Part shown: positions 31,035 to 42,929 of the stretch, one piece after another
Layout: every line of letters starts with the position of its first letter
Numbering within the stretch: the stretch's first letter is position 1
Source: an uncultured Chloroflexia bacterium
GTDB lineage: Bacteria > Chloroflexota > UBA6077 > JACCZL01
Assembly (NCBI GenBank): GCA_963765765.1
Contig: CAVXYC010000014.1
Location: forward strand, 224,001 to 288,000
Length of the DNA stretch: 64,000 nucleotides
Direction of reading: 5' to 3'
Notes under the pieces: model-generated
Told to the model about the DNA's origin: nothing
Seen by the model: only the letters and a program-made list of their open reading frames with translations
The model's database searches: none
Translations under genes and position numbers: made by a program

Positions 31035-32074
31035 ATGGACAGGCGTGACGTTGTAGTCATTGGCGCATCGGCGGGTGGAGTCGAGGCGCTTACCTGTGTG
31101 GTGGCCGGGCTGCCAGCCGACTTCGCTGCGTATGTCTCCATCGTCCTGCACGTTCCGGCCAACGCAAGAAGCGTTCTCCCGGGAATTTTGAGCCGCGCCG
31201 GTCGTTTGCAGGCATTCCACCCGGTCGACGGACAATCGCTCGAGCATCGGGCAGATCCTGGTGGCGCCACCGGACCGCCACCTGCTCATAGAGTCGGGTC
31301 GCGTGCGGGTTACTCGCGGGCCACGGGAGCATGGATATCGGCCGTCCGTAGATGCGCTCTTCCGCTCCGCGGCTCAGTCATATGGCCCTCGAGTAATCGG
31401 CGTCGTACTCTCCGGAACGCTCAGCGATGGTACGGTCGGGCTCCAGGACATCAAGAGCCATGGTGGCCTCGCCATCGTGCAACGCCCGGAGAGTGCGCTG
31501 TATGCGAACATGCCGCGCTCCGCGATTGAGAACCTGGACGTAGACCACATCGTTGACGCGCCGGCAATCGGCCCCCTCCTCGCACGACCTCGTGACGACG
31601 TCGACGCCCACGCAACCATCAACTGGTCACGAGGTACTCCAGGTCATGGGAATGCACATGGAACGAGGGAATAACGACGCGGAGCTCCACGGCGCCAAGC
31701 CTTCCGCCTTCGTATGCCCGGACTGTCAGGGCACCCTTTTTGAGATTCAGAAAGGCTCATTGGTGCGCTATCGGTGTCGTGTCGGACACGCGTACACGCT
31801 GGATTCTCTGCTGGATGTGAAGTCGCAAGATCTCGAGCGCGCGCTCTGGGTTGCTCTAAGAACGCTCGACGAGAAGACGGATCTGGTTCAAGAGCTAGCA
31901 TCTCGGGCGCTCGCGCGAGGGCAGAAGCGCTCGGTGGAGCACTTCAAAGAACAGGCCGCTATCACGGCCCAACATGCCAGCCTCATTCGAGAGGTACTTG
32001 CGCCGGCTGAGAGCAAGGACATCCCCTCTCCAAACGGCGGCGATACAGAGCTCACCGGTGAGAGGTCGGCCTAA
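31035..32074 (+). CDS. cheB: Stand-alone CheB methylesterase with Cys-rich C-terminal domain (two frameshifts)
   Basis: [31 protein letters not shown]; CPDCQG...YRCRVGH. Confidence 0.85.
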
Positions 32075-32233
32075 CCACACGCCATCCGCTCATTGCCAGC
32101 GGATGCATCCGGATATTGGTGACGAGCGGCTCTAAGATGATCCGTTCGGTTCCTTACGAATCGTCACCGAGCTCGGGGCTTACCTGTGCTAGAGTCACCG
32201 TACGATCACGCGAGTGAGCCAACGCTGAAGTCG

Positions 32234-32881
32234 ATGCACGCATCAACGCTCGCCAACGTCTCAGGGGCAGCGCCCAATGAGCACATGCCGGGTGCGGCCA
32301 GTTTCGTCGTGGGCATAGCCGCGTCATCCGGCGGCCTCCACGCGATCGGGCAGGTGTTGGGTGGTCTACCGAGATCGCTCTCCGCGGCAATTATCGTGGT
32401 GCAGCACCTCGCTCCAAAACACCATAGTTTCCTTGCCCACATACTGGATGAGCGAACCGTGCTCAGGGTTCGCGACGCGTGCGAGGGTGCGGCGTTGTTC
32501 GACGGCGCCGTTTATGTGGCGCCACCTGACCTCCACACCGTCGTGGACGCGTCAGAACGAATACGTCTCATAGAACTCGAGCCGGTAAACTTCGTTCGTC
32601 CATCCGCGGATGTTCTGTTTCAATCCCTTGCCGAGAATCTTGGCACGCGGGCCATTGGTGTGGTCCTCACGGGAAATGGCGTGGATGGCGCAACCGGCCT
32701 CTTGAGTATCAAGAACGCGGGCGGCTTCACAATCGCGGAGCATGTGATGACAGCAGAGTTCCCCGATATGCCTCGGGCGGCCGTTGAGAAGGGTGGTGTT
32801 GACCGCGCTCTTCCTCTCGATCAGATTGCGAAATCGATCTACGAGCACACACGGAAAGCAGAGCATCGTGCCGACTACTGA
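32234..32881 (+). CDS. cheB: Second stand-alone CheB methylesterase (no REC domain; start uncertain)
   Basis: IAASSGG, VQH, RPSADVLF, LTGNGVDGA. Confidence 0.88.
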   Translation: MHASTLANVSGAAPNEHMPGAASFVVGIAASSGGLHAIGQVLGGLPRSLSAAIIVVQHLAPKHHSFLAHILDERTVLRVRDACEGAALFDGAVYVAPPDLHTVVDASERIRLIELEPVNFVRPSADVLFQSLAENLGTRAIGVVLTGNGVDGATGLLSIKNAGGFTIAEHVMTAEFPDMPRAAVEKGGVDRALPLDQIAKSIYEHTRKAEHRADY

Positions 32882-34721
32882 TGACTCGTTCGAGAGCTTG
32901 CTCGAATATCTCAAGCGCAATCGCGGTTTCGACTTCACAGGCTATAAGCGGTCCACCGTCATGCGCCGCGTACAGCGACGGATGCAACAGGTAAACGTCG
33001 ATGACTTCGCGTCCTATGTGGACTACCTCGAGGTGGATCCAGAGGAATTCGTCCCGTTATTCAATACCATTCTGATCAACGTTACAGGCTTCTTTCGCGA
33101 TATGGAAACGTGGGAATTCATGGCCGCGGAGATCGTCCCGAAGATTCTGGCGTCGAAACAAGAGAACGAGCCCGTCCGCGTATGGAGCGCTGGCTGCGCC
33201 TCAGGTGAGGAAGCGTTCACGCTCGCCATGCTGTTCGGCGAAGCCATGGGGATTGACGAATTTCGAAACAGAGTCAAGATTTACGCGACGGACGTTGACG
33301 AGGAAGCATTGCAGTTTGCACGTCAAGCCTCATATTCAGATGCGCAGGTGGAAAAGATTCCCGCGGAATATCTAGAACGCTACTTCGAAGACTCAGGAGG
33401 GCGACGTTTATTCCACAAGGACATGCGACGAGCCGTCATCTTCGGCCGGCACGATCTGATTCAGGATGCCCCGATCTCACGAGTTGACCTGTTGATGTGC
33501 CGAAACACGTTGATGTATTTCAACGCGGAAACGCAATCACGCGTCATCTCACGATTCCACTTTGCCCTTCGGCCCGGCGCATTCCTTGTCCTCGGGCGAG
33601 CCGAGATGCTGCTTTCGCATGGCAATGCCTTTACGTCCGTTGCGCTCAAGCAAAGGATTTTCACCGCTGTGAATCGCATGCGAACTAGCGACTCGCTCCC
33701 GTTGCTCAATCAAGTGCTCGACGGAGATAGCACAAACGGCGAGATTGCTAAGATACGCCTACGGGAATCAGCCTTCGACTCCAGTATTGTTGCGCAGCTC
33801 GTGCTAGATCCCGAGGGGATCCTGACCTTGGCCAATGAGCGGGCGCGATCGATGTTCGGATTGACATCTCGCGACCTCGGACGGCCATTCTCCGACCTGG
33901 AAGTCTCGTATCGCCCGGCTGAGCTGCGCTCCCGAATCGACCTCGCGAGAAGCGAACGAAGATCGGTCCAGCTCCAGGAAGTTCCGTGGAACTTGAATTT
34001 CGGTGAGCCAAACTATTTTGAGATCTCGGTCACCCCGCTTACAGAACCCAGCGGTGAGGTGCTCGGTACTAGCCTTGTCTTCACTGACGTAACCCCATTC
34101 AAGCATCTCCAATACGAGCTCCGTCAGGCCAACGAAGAGCTTGAAACAGCATACGAAGAGCTCCAGTCCACCAATGAAGAGCTCGAGACGATGAACGAGG
34201 AGCTGCAATCCACGATCGAAGAGCTGGAGACGACCAACGAGGAGCTGCAGTCCACGAACGAAGAGCTCGAGACCATGAATGAGGAGCTACAGTCCACGAA
34301 CGAAGAGCTGCACACCATCAACGATCAGCTTACCCAGCGCGGTGATGAGCTGAATCGGGTGAACGACTATCTGACTTCAATCATGGAAAACGTCCAGGGT
34401 GGCGTGATCGTCCTGGACCGGGAGCTCCGGGTGAAGGGCTGGAATCGAAAGTCGGAGCAGCTATGGGGCCTACGCGCGGATGAGGTGCAGGAGAAGCATC
34501 TGCAAAATCTCGGTATAAAGCTACCGTTCGACGAGGTAGTGCGTGCGATTCATCTCTCCTGGACGGAAAATGCCACGAGCGGACCTTTGACCATCGATGC
34601 GCGGGATCGATGGGGAGAGCCTTTCCAGTGTTCCCTGACCTGCACGCCGATGGAAGCCGCGGACGGCGTTTCAGCCGGTGTGATTCTCGTTATGAACAAC
34701 CGGGACGGCCAGCAGGCCTGA
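32868..34721 (+). CDS. cheR: CheR methyltransferase-PAS-coiled coil-PAS protein
   Basis: INVTGFFRD, WSAGCASGEE, IYATDVD, CRNTLMYF; repeated NEELQSTNEELET. Confidence 0.92.
   Translation: MPTTDDSFESLLEYLKRNRGFDFTGYKRSTVMRRVQRRMQQVNVDDFASYVDYLEVDPEEFVPLFNTILINVTGFFRDMETWEFMAAEIVPKILASKQENEPVRVWSAGCASGEEAFTLAMLFGEAMGIDEFRNRVKIYATDVDEEALQFARQASYSDAQVEKIPAEYLERYFEDSGGRRLFHKDMRRAVIFGRHDLIQDAPISRVDLLMCRNTLMYFNAETQSRVISRFHFALRPGAFLVLGRAEMLLSHGNAFTSVALKQRIFTAVNRMRTSDSLPLLNQVLDGDSTNGEIAKIRLRESAFDSSIVAQLVLDPEGILTLANERARSMFGLTSRDLGRPFSDLEVSYRPAELRSRIDLARSERRSVQLQEVPWNLNFGEPNYFEISVTPLTEPSGEVLGTSLVFTDVTPFKHLQYELRQANEELETAYEELQSTNEELETMNEELQSTIEELETTNEELQSTNEELETMNEELQSTNEELHTINDQLTQRGDELNRVNDYLTSIMENVQGGVIVLDRELRVKGWNRKSEQLWGLRADEVQEKHLQNLGIKLPFDEVVRAIHLSWTENATSGPLTIDARDRWGEPFQCSLTCTPMEAADGVSAGVILVMNNRDGQQA
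34131..34320 (+). repeat. 21/42-bp coding tandem repeat (NEELQST/NEELETM)
   Basis: aacgaagagctc/aacgaggagctg units repeated about 9 times. Confidence 0.85.
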
Positions 34722-34809
34722 GACCCATAGTAAAGCGTCGGCTTCCCCGTACGATCCCTCATCTGAGTGGTACGTTCAATGCATATCTCACTGTGAGGGA
34801 GCACAGGGG

Positions 34810-36516
34810 ATGCTGAACGAGATGGGTTTCGCGAGGGCCGTCGCGGATTTTCGGGATAAAGCCGACAATCTTCGGCGAGACATGCTCGAGGAGCCGGCGA
34901 ACGCTCACTCCCTTCTAACTCGAACACTCGAGGAGCTAAATGAGAGCCTTGAGGAGCTTCAGGTTGCCGAAGAAGAGCTTCGCGCTCAAGCCTCCGAGCT
35001 CGCCGAGAGCGAACGTCGGGCGATAGAAGATCGCGCGCGATATGAGGAGCTTTTTCAGTTCGCTCCCGATCCATATCTCGTAACCGACGTGTACGGCACG
35101 ATTCTCGAGGCTAATCGCGCGGCCGTGCAGCGATTGCGTGTCGACGTCAGTTATTTGCGCGGGAAGCCACTGATTACGTTCGTCGCTCCTGAGCACCGTC
35201 GCCAATTCCGAGCCCTACTCAATGGGCAAAAATTTCAGACATCCGCTTCGACCTTCGAGCTCGCAATCCAACCGCGGCAAGATGAGGCCTTCACCGGGCT
35301 GATCACCGTGGATGGGACACAGGGGCAAGTGGACGGTCGCGGGTCATTACGCTGGATGATCCGCGACATTACAGAGCGCAAGCGGCTGAATGACGAGCTC
35401 CAAGCGCTCAACCTGGAGCTTGAGAGTCGAGTAGCCGAACGCACGCTCGAGCTGAAGGCCGCCAATGACTTGAAGGATGATCTGCTTCAGCAAAGTAGAG
35501 CGACAGAAAGTCGGTACCGTCAGCTCTTCACGAGCACTGTGGATGCTGTGCTGCTGGTAGACGAGGCGGGCATCATTCGTGAGGCGAATCCGGCGGCGTC
35601 GCAGCTCCTGAGCCAGAGTTCGGAGTGCCTCATTGGCTTGCCACTTCAGCGGGTACTGGTCTGGCAACCGCCGGGTGCGAATCGTTCGGATACCACCTGG
35701 CGTGGGGAGATAGAAGCGCGCCGACTGGACGGCACAATCGTGCCAGTGGAGGCGTCCATCGCATCGGTTCAGCTCGCTGAGAGCTCCGCGACATTCTGGA
35801 CCATCAGGGATATCTCCGACCGGCGTCGGCTGGCCCGGCTCCAGGAGGAGTTCCTATCCATGGCGGCGCATGAGCTGAAGACGCCGCTCACCTCACTCAA
35901 GGGATTCGCGCAGCTCCTACAGCGAGGCATCGGCGGTGCCCGTGCAGCCGAAATGATTGTGCAGCAGGCTGATCACCTGAATCTGCTGGTAGGAGACCTC
36001 CTGGATGTGGCTCGCCTCGAATCCGGCCACATCAATATTCAGGCAGTGGAGACAGATCTGCGATGGATCATCGATCGCGCGATTGAGCAAGCACGGACGC
36101 TAACGACGACACACACGATCGAGTTCGAGACGGTTGACCATCCAATCATCGGTCGTTGGGACGAGCGGCGCATCGAACAGGTCATAACCAATCTTCTCTC
36201 GAACGCGGTGAAATACGCCCCGAGCTCTCGCCACATCACGGTTCGGATTACCGAACATGACGATCTCGTGCGCACAACCGTGCAAGACTACGGTCCCGGC
36301 ATCGCCCCGGAAGCGATTCCGGGGCTTTTCATGCGGTTCTACCGGGTGGACGACCCCACCAGCCGTGGTGTGGAAGGGATGGGGCTCGGCCTGTACATCA
36401 GTCGCATCATCGTCGAGGCACACGGCGGAACGATGGAGGTGGCATCGAAGCTCGGGGAGGGAAGCGAATTCACGTTCAGTCTTCCTCGTGACGCATCGTC
36501 GACTGACGCCCACTGA
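34810..36516 (+). CDS. Cytoplasmic PAS-PAS sensor histidine kinase
   Basis: HELKTPLT H-box, NLLSNAVKY, DYGPGI, GMGLGL; no TM. Confidence 0.93.
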   Translation: MLNEMGFARAVADFRDKADNLRRDMLEEPANAHSLLTRTLEELNESLEELQVAEEELRAQASELAESERRAIEDRARYEELFQFAPDPYLVTDVYGTILEANRAAVQRLRVDVSYLRGKPLITFVAPEHRRQFRALLNGQKFQTSASTFELAIQPRQDEAFTGLITVDGTQGQVDGRGSLRWMIRDITERKRLNDELQALNLELESRVAERTLELKAANDLKDDLLQQSRATESRYRQLFTSTVDAVLLVDEAGIIREANPAASQLLSQSSECLIGLPLQRVLVWQPPGANRSDTTWRGEIEARRLDGTIVPVEASIASVQLAESSATFWTIRDISDRRRLARLQEEFLSMAAHELKTPLTSLKGFAQLLQRGIGGARAAEMIVQQADHLNLLVGDLLDVARLESGHINIQAVETDLRWIIDRAIEQARTLTTTHTIEFETVDHPIIGRWDERRIEQVITNLLSNAVKYAPSSRHITVRITEHDDLVRTTVQDYGPGIAPEAIPGLFMRFYRVDDPTSRGVEGMGLGLYISRIIVEAHGGTMEVASKLGEGSEFTFSLPRDASSTDAH

Positions 36517-36519
36517 TCC

Positions 36520-37029
36520 TCAAGCGATTCTTCGATCTTCACGCCCTTGTAAGAGAGGCTCGCCGGATGCTCCGCGCTCCACTGCCCAGACCGCGATCTG
36601 CGTCCGCGAAGATGCCCCCAGCTTGACCAAAATGTGCTGGATGTGATTCGCCACGGTTCCCGGCGAGAGAATCAGGCGGGCGGCAATTTGCCCATTGGTC
36701 AGTCCCAGGGCCAGTAAGCTGGCAATTTCCCACTGACGCGGACTGAGCGGCGTGGACTCCTCGAGGACTGCGGGCAGGACCGCGGCAGGCGATGGCACGT
36801 CCGTGACAGACGATGACACAGCTCGCATCGGTGTTTCTGCAAGAGTCTCGAGCAGCTTTCGCCGGGTCAAAGCCCCTTCTTCGAGCGATTGAGTAAGCCA
36901 CTTCAGCCGTTGCATAAGAAAAACTCGTTGCGCGCGCAGTTGAGAGGCACGGTCGAGCAGTTCACCCAATCGACTCGGCGCCGCATCGCGTTCAGCGTAG
37001 TAGGCTTCGGCCCTGTGATTCGTGTTCAT
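36520..37029 (-). CDS. LuxR-type HTH regulator
   Basis: LSPRQWEIASLLALGLTNGQIA...TVANHIQHILVKLG. Confidence 0.85.
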   Translation of the reverse strand: MNTNHRAEAYYAERDAAPSRLGELLDRASQLRAQRVFLMQRLKWLTQSLEEGALTRRKLLETLAETPMRAVSSSVTDVPSPAAVLPAVLEESTPLSPRQWEIASLLALGLTNGQIAARLILSPGTVANHIQHILVKLGASSRTQIAVWAVERGASGEPLLQGREDRRIA

Positions 37030-37094
37030 CGCACGCTCCCAGGCGTATTTTAGTCAGTAGTACGAAGACCAGTGTAGCTCAGATGCAGTCAATA

Positions 37095-37136
37095 CGTATG
37101 GATAAGAACAAATCTGCGTATGGATAAGAACAAATC
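37095..37136. repeat. Perfect 20-bp direct repeat, 22-bp period
   Basis: cgtatggataagaacaaatc at 37095-37114 and 37117-37136. Confidence 0.9.
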
Positions 37137-37253
37137 GCGGAAGTTGTGCACATCGGTATATGGCCTTAACTATTGCCGGAACGTAGGCTAAATACATCAG
37201 GTGGCAACGCGTGAGTCATGGTCCGCTTCGCCGCTCTCAGGGGGTTCAGGACT

Positions 37254-37427
37254 ATGGTATGTGGTCACTGCGAAGCACGTGAAGCCCGCTTGTACTGGTT
37301 ACCTGCACGATATTCCACGAGTGAGATCAAGCCTACAGGCGTCTGCTATTTCTGCTTCATTCGAATCGTTAGCAGATCTCCCCGTAGAGCGGAAATCGTC
37401 GAGCCATCCGCAAGCCTTTCCAGTTAG
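37254..37427 (+). CDS. Small CxxC-x24-CxxC putative zinc-ribbon protein (57 aa)
   Basis: MVCGHCEAREA...GVCYFC; occupies otherwise empty intergenic space. Confidence 0.5.
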   Translation: MVCGHCEAREARLYWLPARYSTSEIKPTGVCYFCFIRIVSRSPRRAEIVEPSASLSS

Positions 37428-37567
37428 CCCGACTCGGCTCACCAGGCTACAGGCAAGCTGTGGCCACCGACAGTGCACATAAGGACTTGATCGTGGCAGA
37501 CAATGGAGTCTGCCATGATCTCACATCCCGCCGGTGGAACAGGCGTCCAGTGGCTCCGCAGCGATCT

Positions 37568-37603
37568 CAAGGTGGGACAGACGGAGATGCCTGTCCCACC
37601 TTG
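37568..37603. terminator. Hairpin downstream of clpB
   Basis: caaggtgggacag...ctgtcccaccttg, 13-bp stem. Confidence 0.75.
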
Positions 37604-37612
37604 TTTACAGCT

Positions 37613-40213
<2,601 letters not shown>

Positions 40214-40375
40214 TAATCATCACCATCTGGGATCGGGTTGGAATCACAACGGACCCAATCGTCATTTCTCAATTATCCTAACCAGTACTCTGTTAGTACG
40301 GCGTAAGCACCGTATGTGAGCGGTATCAGAAGACAGAGAATTAATGCCCCACTGGCTTACTTCTCCCGCCTGGAG

Positions 40376-40879
40376 TCATGGTTTTACAGAGAGCTGCTGT
40401 CTTACACCGCCACGCCGCACGCCGAGGGTGTACCCATCGCCTTGGGGCAGAGCATCGACCGCTTGCATGAGGTCGTCGACCCCCTTGATCGATCTCCCAT
40501 TGACCGTCTCGATTACATCTCCGGTACGTACGCCAGCTCGCTCCGCCGGCTGGCCCGGATGTACAGGGCCAACTTCGGCACCTCCCCCTGACGCGTCTCG
40601 AGCCGCCACACCGAGCCTCGGCGGCGCTGAAGCATCGGCTTTCCAGCGGCGTGCCAGCGCATCGAGTCTCGCGCGATCAAACCCGACGATGACATCGGGG
40701 CCGGCGATGGTCACCGGCACGCCCATCTGGCCGCTCCGCGTCACAACCTCATGTGCCGCCGCTTGATCGCGGGAAACATCGCGCTCCTGGTATGTGACCC
40801 CTTGCTGCCGAAGGAACTCCTTCGTCCTGTGACACCAGGGTCAAGTCTGCGTGGTGAATACAGTGACTGTGTCCGGCAT
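40376..40879 (-). CDS. Putative selenoprotein: glutaredoxin (UxxC)-PDZ fusion, 167 aa
   Basis: GGAG RBS and ATG 40879: MPDTVTVFTTQT-TGA-PWCHRTKEFL...GQMGVPV...IVGFD, then PDZ (RLGV...PAERAGVRTGDVIETVNG). Confidence 0.85.
40809..40824 (-). promoter_or_regulatory. Candidate bacterial SECIS apical hairpin
   Basis: CGAAGG-AGUU-CCUUCG starting 17 nt after the in-frame UGA (40841-40843). Confidence 0.65.
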
Positions 40880-41002
40880 CTTACGACTCCTTACCTTGAT
40901 CCTACCGAAGGCAGGCAGGAGCCACAATGACTCGAGGTCTGCAATACCACCGAGTCTGGATTGACGTACCATCAGCCCAAACATTCGCACGGGAGCGTCA
41001 CC

Positions 41003-41638
41003 ATGGAAGCTCTTTCACGCACCGTTTACATCGTCACTGCTGAAGTTGAGCCCGAATGGGAGACCGACTTCAATCGCTGGTATGACGAAGAGCATGTGCC
41101 AAATCTCCTCGCAGTTCCGGGTTACCGCAGCGGAACACGATACGTGGCCGTTGAAGGCGAGCCAAAGTACATGGCCTTCTGGGAGATTGACTCGATGGAG
41201 GCGTACCGTGGCAAAGAGCACGACGTTGCGGTGAACACGCCCTGGACTGAGCGAGGAGCATCGCACCGCAACATCCAGATGGCCTTCTATGAGCAGATCT
41301 TTCCGGAGGAAGGTCTGTTGAAGGGCGCATCCTGGGGAGAAAAGGTGGGCGGCCTCCTGATCAATCGCATCGACGTCACGCCCGAAGGCGAGCAGGATTT
41401 CAACGACTGGTACAACCAGGAGCATCAGCCAGCCTTATGCTCGGTACCCGGTGCTATCGCGGCTCGCCGCTTCCGCGTTACTCAAGGCGAGCCGAAGTAT
41501 ATGGCCATGGTCTACCTCACGGATCCCGGCGTTCAGGCCACCGAAGACTGGCAAAAGGCAGCGAACACGCCCTGGACGGCCCGATCGCGGGAGAGCTATC
41601 GGAATCGTTGGCGAGTCGTGTATCGTCCGTATCCGTAG
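41003..41638 (+). CDS. Tandem EthD/DUF4286-like dimeric alpha-beta barrel protein
   Basis: Two FNxWYxxEH...VPG...GEPKYMA...NTPWT repeats. Confidence 0.8.
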   Translation: MEALSRTVYIVTAEVEPEWETDFNRWYDEEHVPNLLAVPGYRSGTRYVAVEGEPKYMAFWEIDSMEAYRGKEHDVAVNTPWTERGASHRNIQMAFYEQIFPEEGLLKGASWGEKVGGLLINRIDVTPEGEQDFNDWYNQEHQPALCSVPGAIAARRFRVTQGEPKYMAMVYLTDPGVQATEDWQKAANTPWTARSRESYRNRWRVVYRPYP

Positions 41639-41860
41639 ACTGCGGACTGCCCCGGCCCTTCCACTTATCCCACCACGCACGCGGGCCGAGGAGACAAGCT
41701 GTCGGCCTTCTGAGCTCGGATCTCTAGCACGTGTTTCGAATACTTGGTCTTGGGAAGTCCCACACGCACCCCAGCCGGCCTGGTACGCTGATCACAGGCT
41801 CCAGCCGCACGCGCCACCGCGTGCCCAATATTGAGCATCATCTCCTGCCAGGTTCTAACT

Positions 41861-42244
41861 ATGACTTCCCATGCCTCGGACGGCGCGACTCCACGTGTGC
41901 TCGTCGTTGATGACGATCCCGCAATCCGTGACTTCGTTGGGCAGGCGCTTGAGGAGGAGGGGTACGAAGTTCGCCTGGCCATGAACGGCCAGGACGCCCT
42001 CACCACGCTCAGCGATTGGCCGGCCAATCTCATCGTGCTTGACTTGATGATGCCTACGATGGACGGTTGGACATTCCGAGATAGGCAGCGAGAATGCGAA
42101 GCGCTGGCCAACATCCCGGTGATCGTCATGTCTGCCGCACGGAATCTCGTGGGCCAGACTGAGCGACTCGCGCCAGCGGCTATCCTGCCGAAGCCGTTTG
42201 ATCTCGATACGCTTTTGACGGAGACTGAGCGGCTCCTGAGCTAG
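41861..42244 (+). CDS. Single-domain response regulator
   Basis: VLVVDDD, LDLMMP, MSA, KPF. Confidence 0.92.
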   Translation: MTSHASDGATPRVLVVDDDPAIRDFVGQALEEEGYEVRLAMNGQDALTTLSDWPANLIVLDLMMPTMDGWTFRDRQRECEALANIPVIVMSAARNLVGQTERLAPAAILPKPFDLDTLLTETERLLS

Positions 42245-42340
42245 AGCTCTTTCGCATAGCGTCGGCACGCGGCGTGCATTGAAGGTTGTTGCGGCCAGGA
42301 TTTAAATGGCCCGGCCGACATTCACCAGGAGATACACATC

Positions 42341-42790
42341 GTGGACGCAATTGAGCTACTCGAAAAAGACCACCGTACCGTTGAAGAGGCGTTCAAGAGC
42401 TTTGAGAACGCGGGAACAAGCGCTGAGAAGAAAGACAATTGCCCAGCAGATCATCGCTGAACTTGCAAGTCCACACTACCATTGAGGAAGAGATCTTCTA
42501 TCCGGTGACGCGGCGCAAGACCGACGCAGAGGGCAAGGAGATGATCGCCGAGGCATTCGAGGAGCACCACGTCATCAAGATGCTGATAGACGAGCTGCAG
42601 CAGATCGGATCGGTGAACGAGCAGTTCGAAGCCAAGATGACCGTGCTCCAGGAGAACGTTGAGCATCACGTAGAGGAAGAGGAGAGCGAGCTCTTCCCGG
42701 ATGCGAAGAAGAGTCTCGGAAAACGTCGTTGAAGAGCTCGGTGACAAGATGGCCCAGCGCAAGGAAGCGCTGATGGCTGGCGCCCGCTAA
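42341..42790 (+). CDS. Hemerythrin/HHE cation-binding protein (two frameshifts)
   Basis: DAIELLEKDHRTV; HTTIEEEIFYP, EEHH, HHVEEEESELFP; AGGAG RBS. Confidence 0.85.
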
Positions 42791-42810
42791 ACAGAAGGCA
42801 TCTAGGTCAG

Positions 42811-42851
42811 AGCGGGCCTGCTCCAGGGAAGGAGCGGGTCCGCTTTTGTTT
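42811..42851 (+). terminator. Intrinsic terminator
   Basis: agcgggcctgctcc...ggagcgggtccgct followed by tttgttt. Confidence 0.8.
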
Positions 42852-42929
42852 GTGCGACGAGTGCTCATCATTCCTCCACGCGCTGAGCCCCTACAATAGG
42901 TGACCGCAAGCCGGGACGGAGGAAACTTC

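Noticed and set aside
40214-40375. CIRCE/HAIR/CtsR operator upstream of clpB
   Set aside because: No convincing match to TTAGCACTC-N9-GAGTGCTAA, CTTGAGT-N7-ACTCAAG or the CtsR repeat
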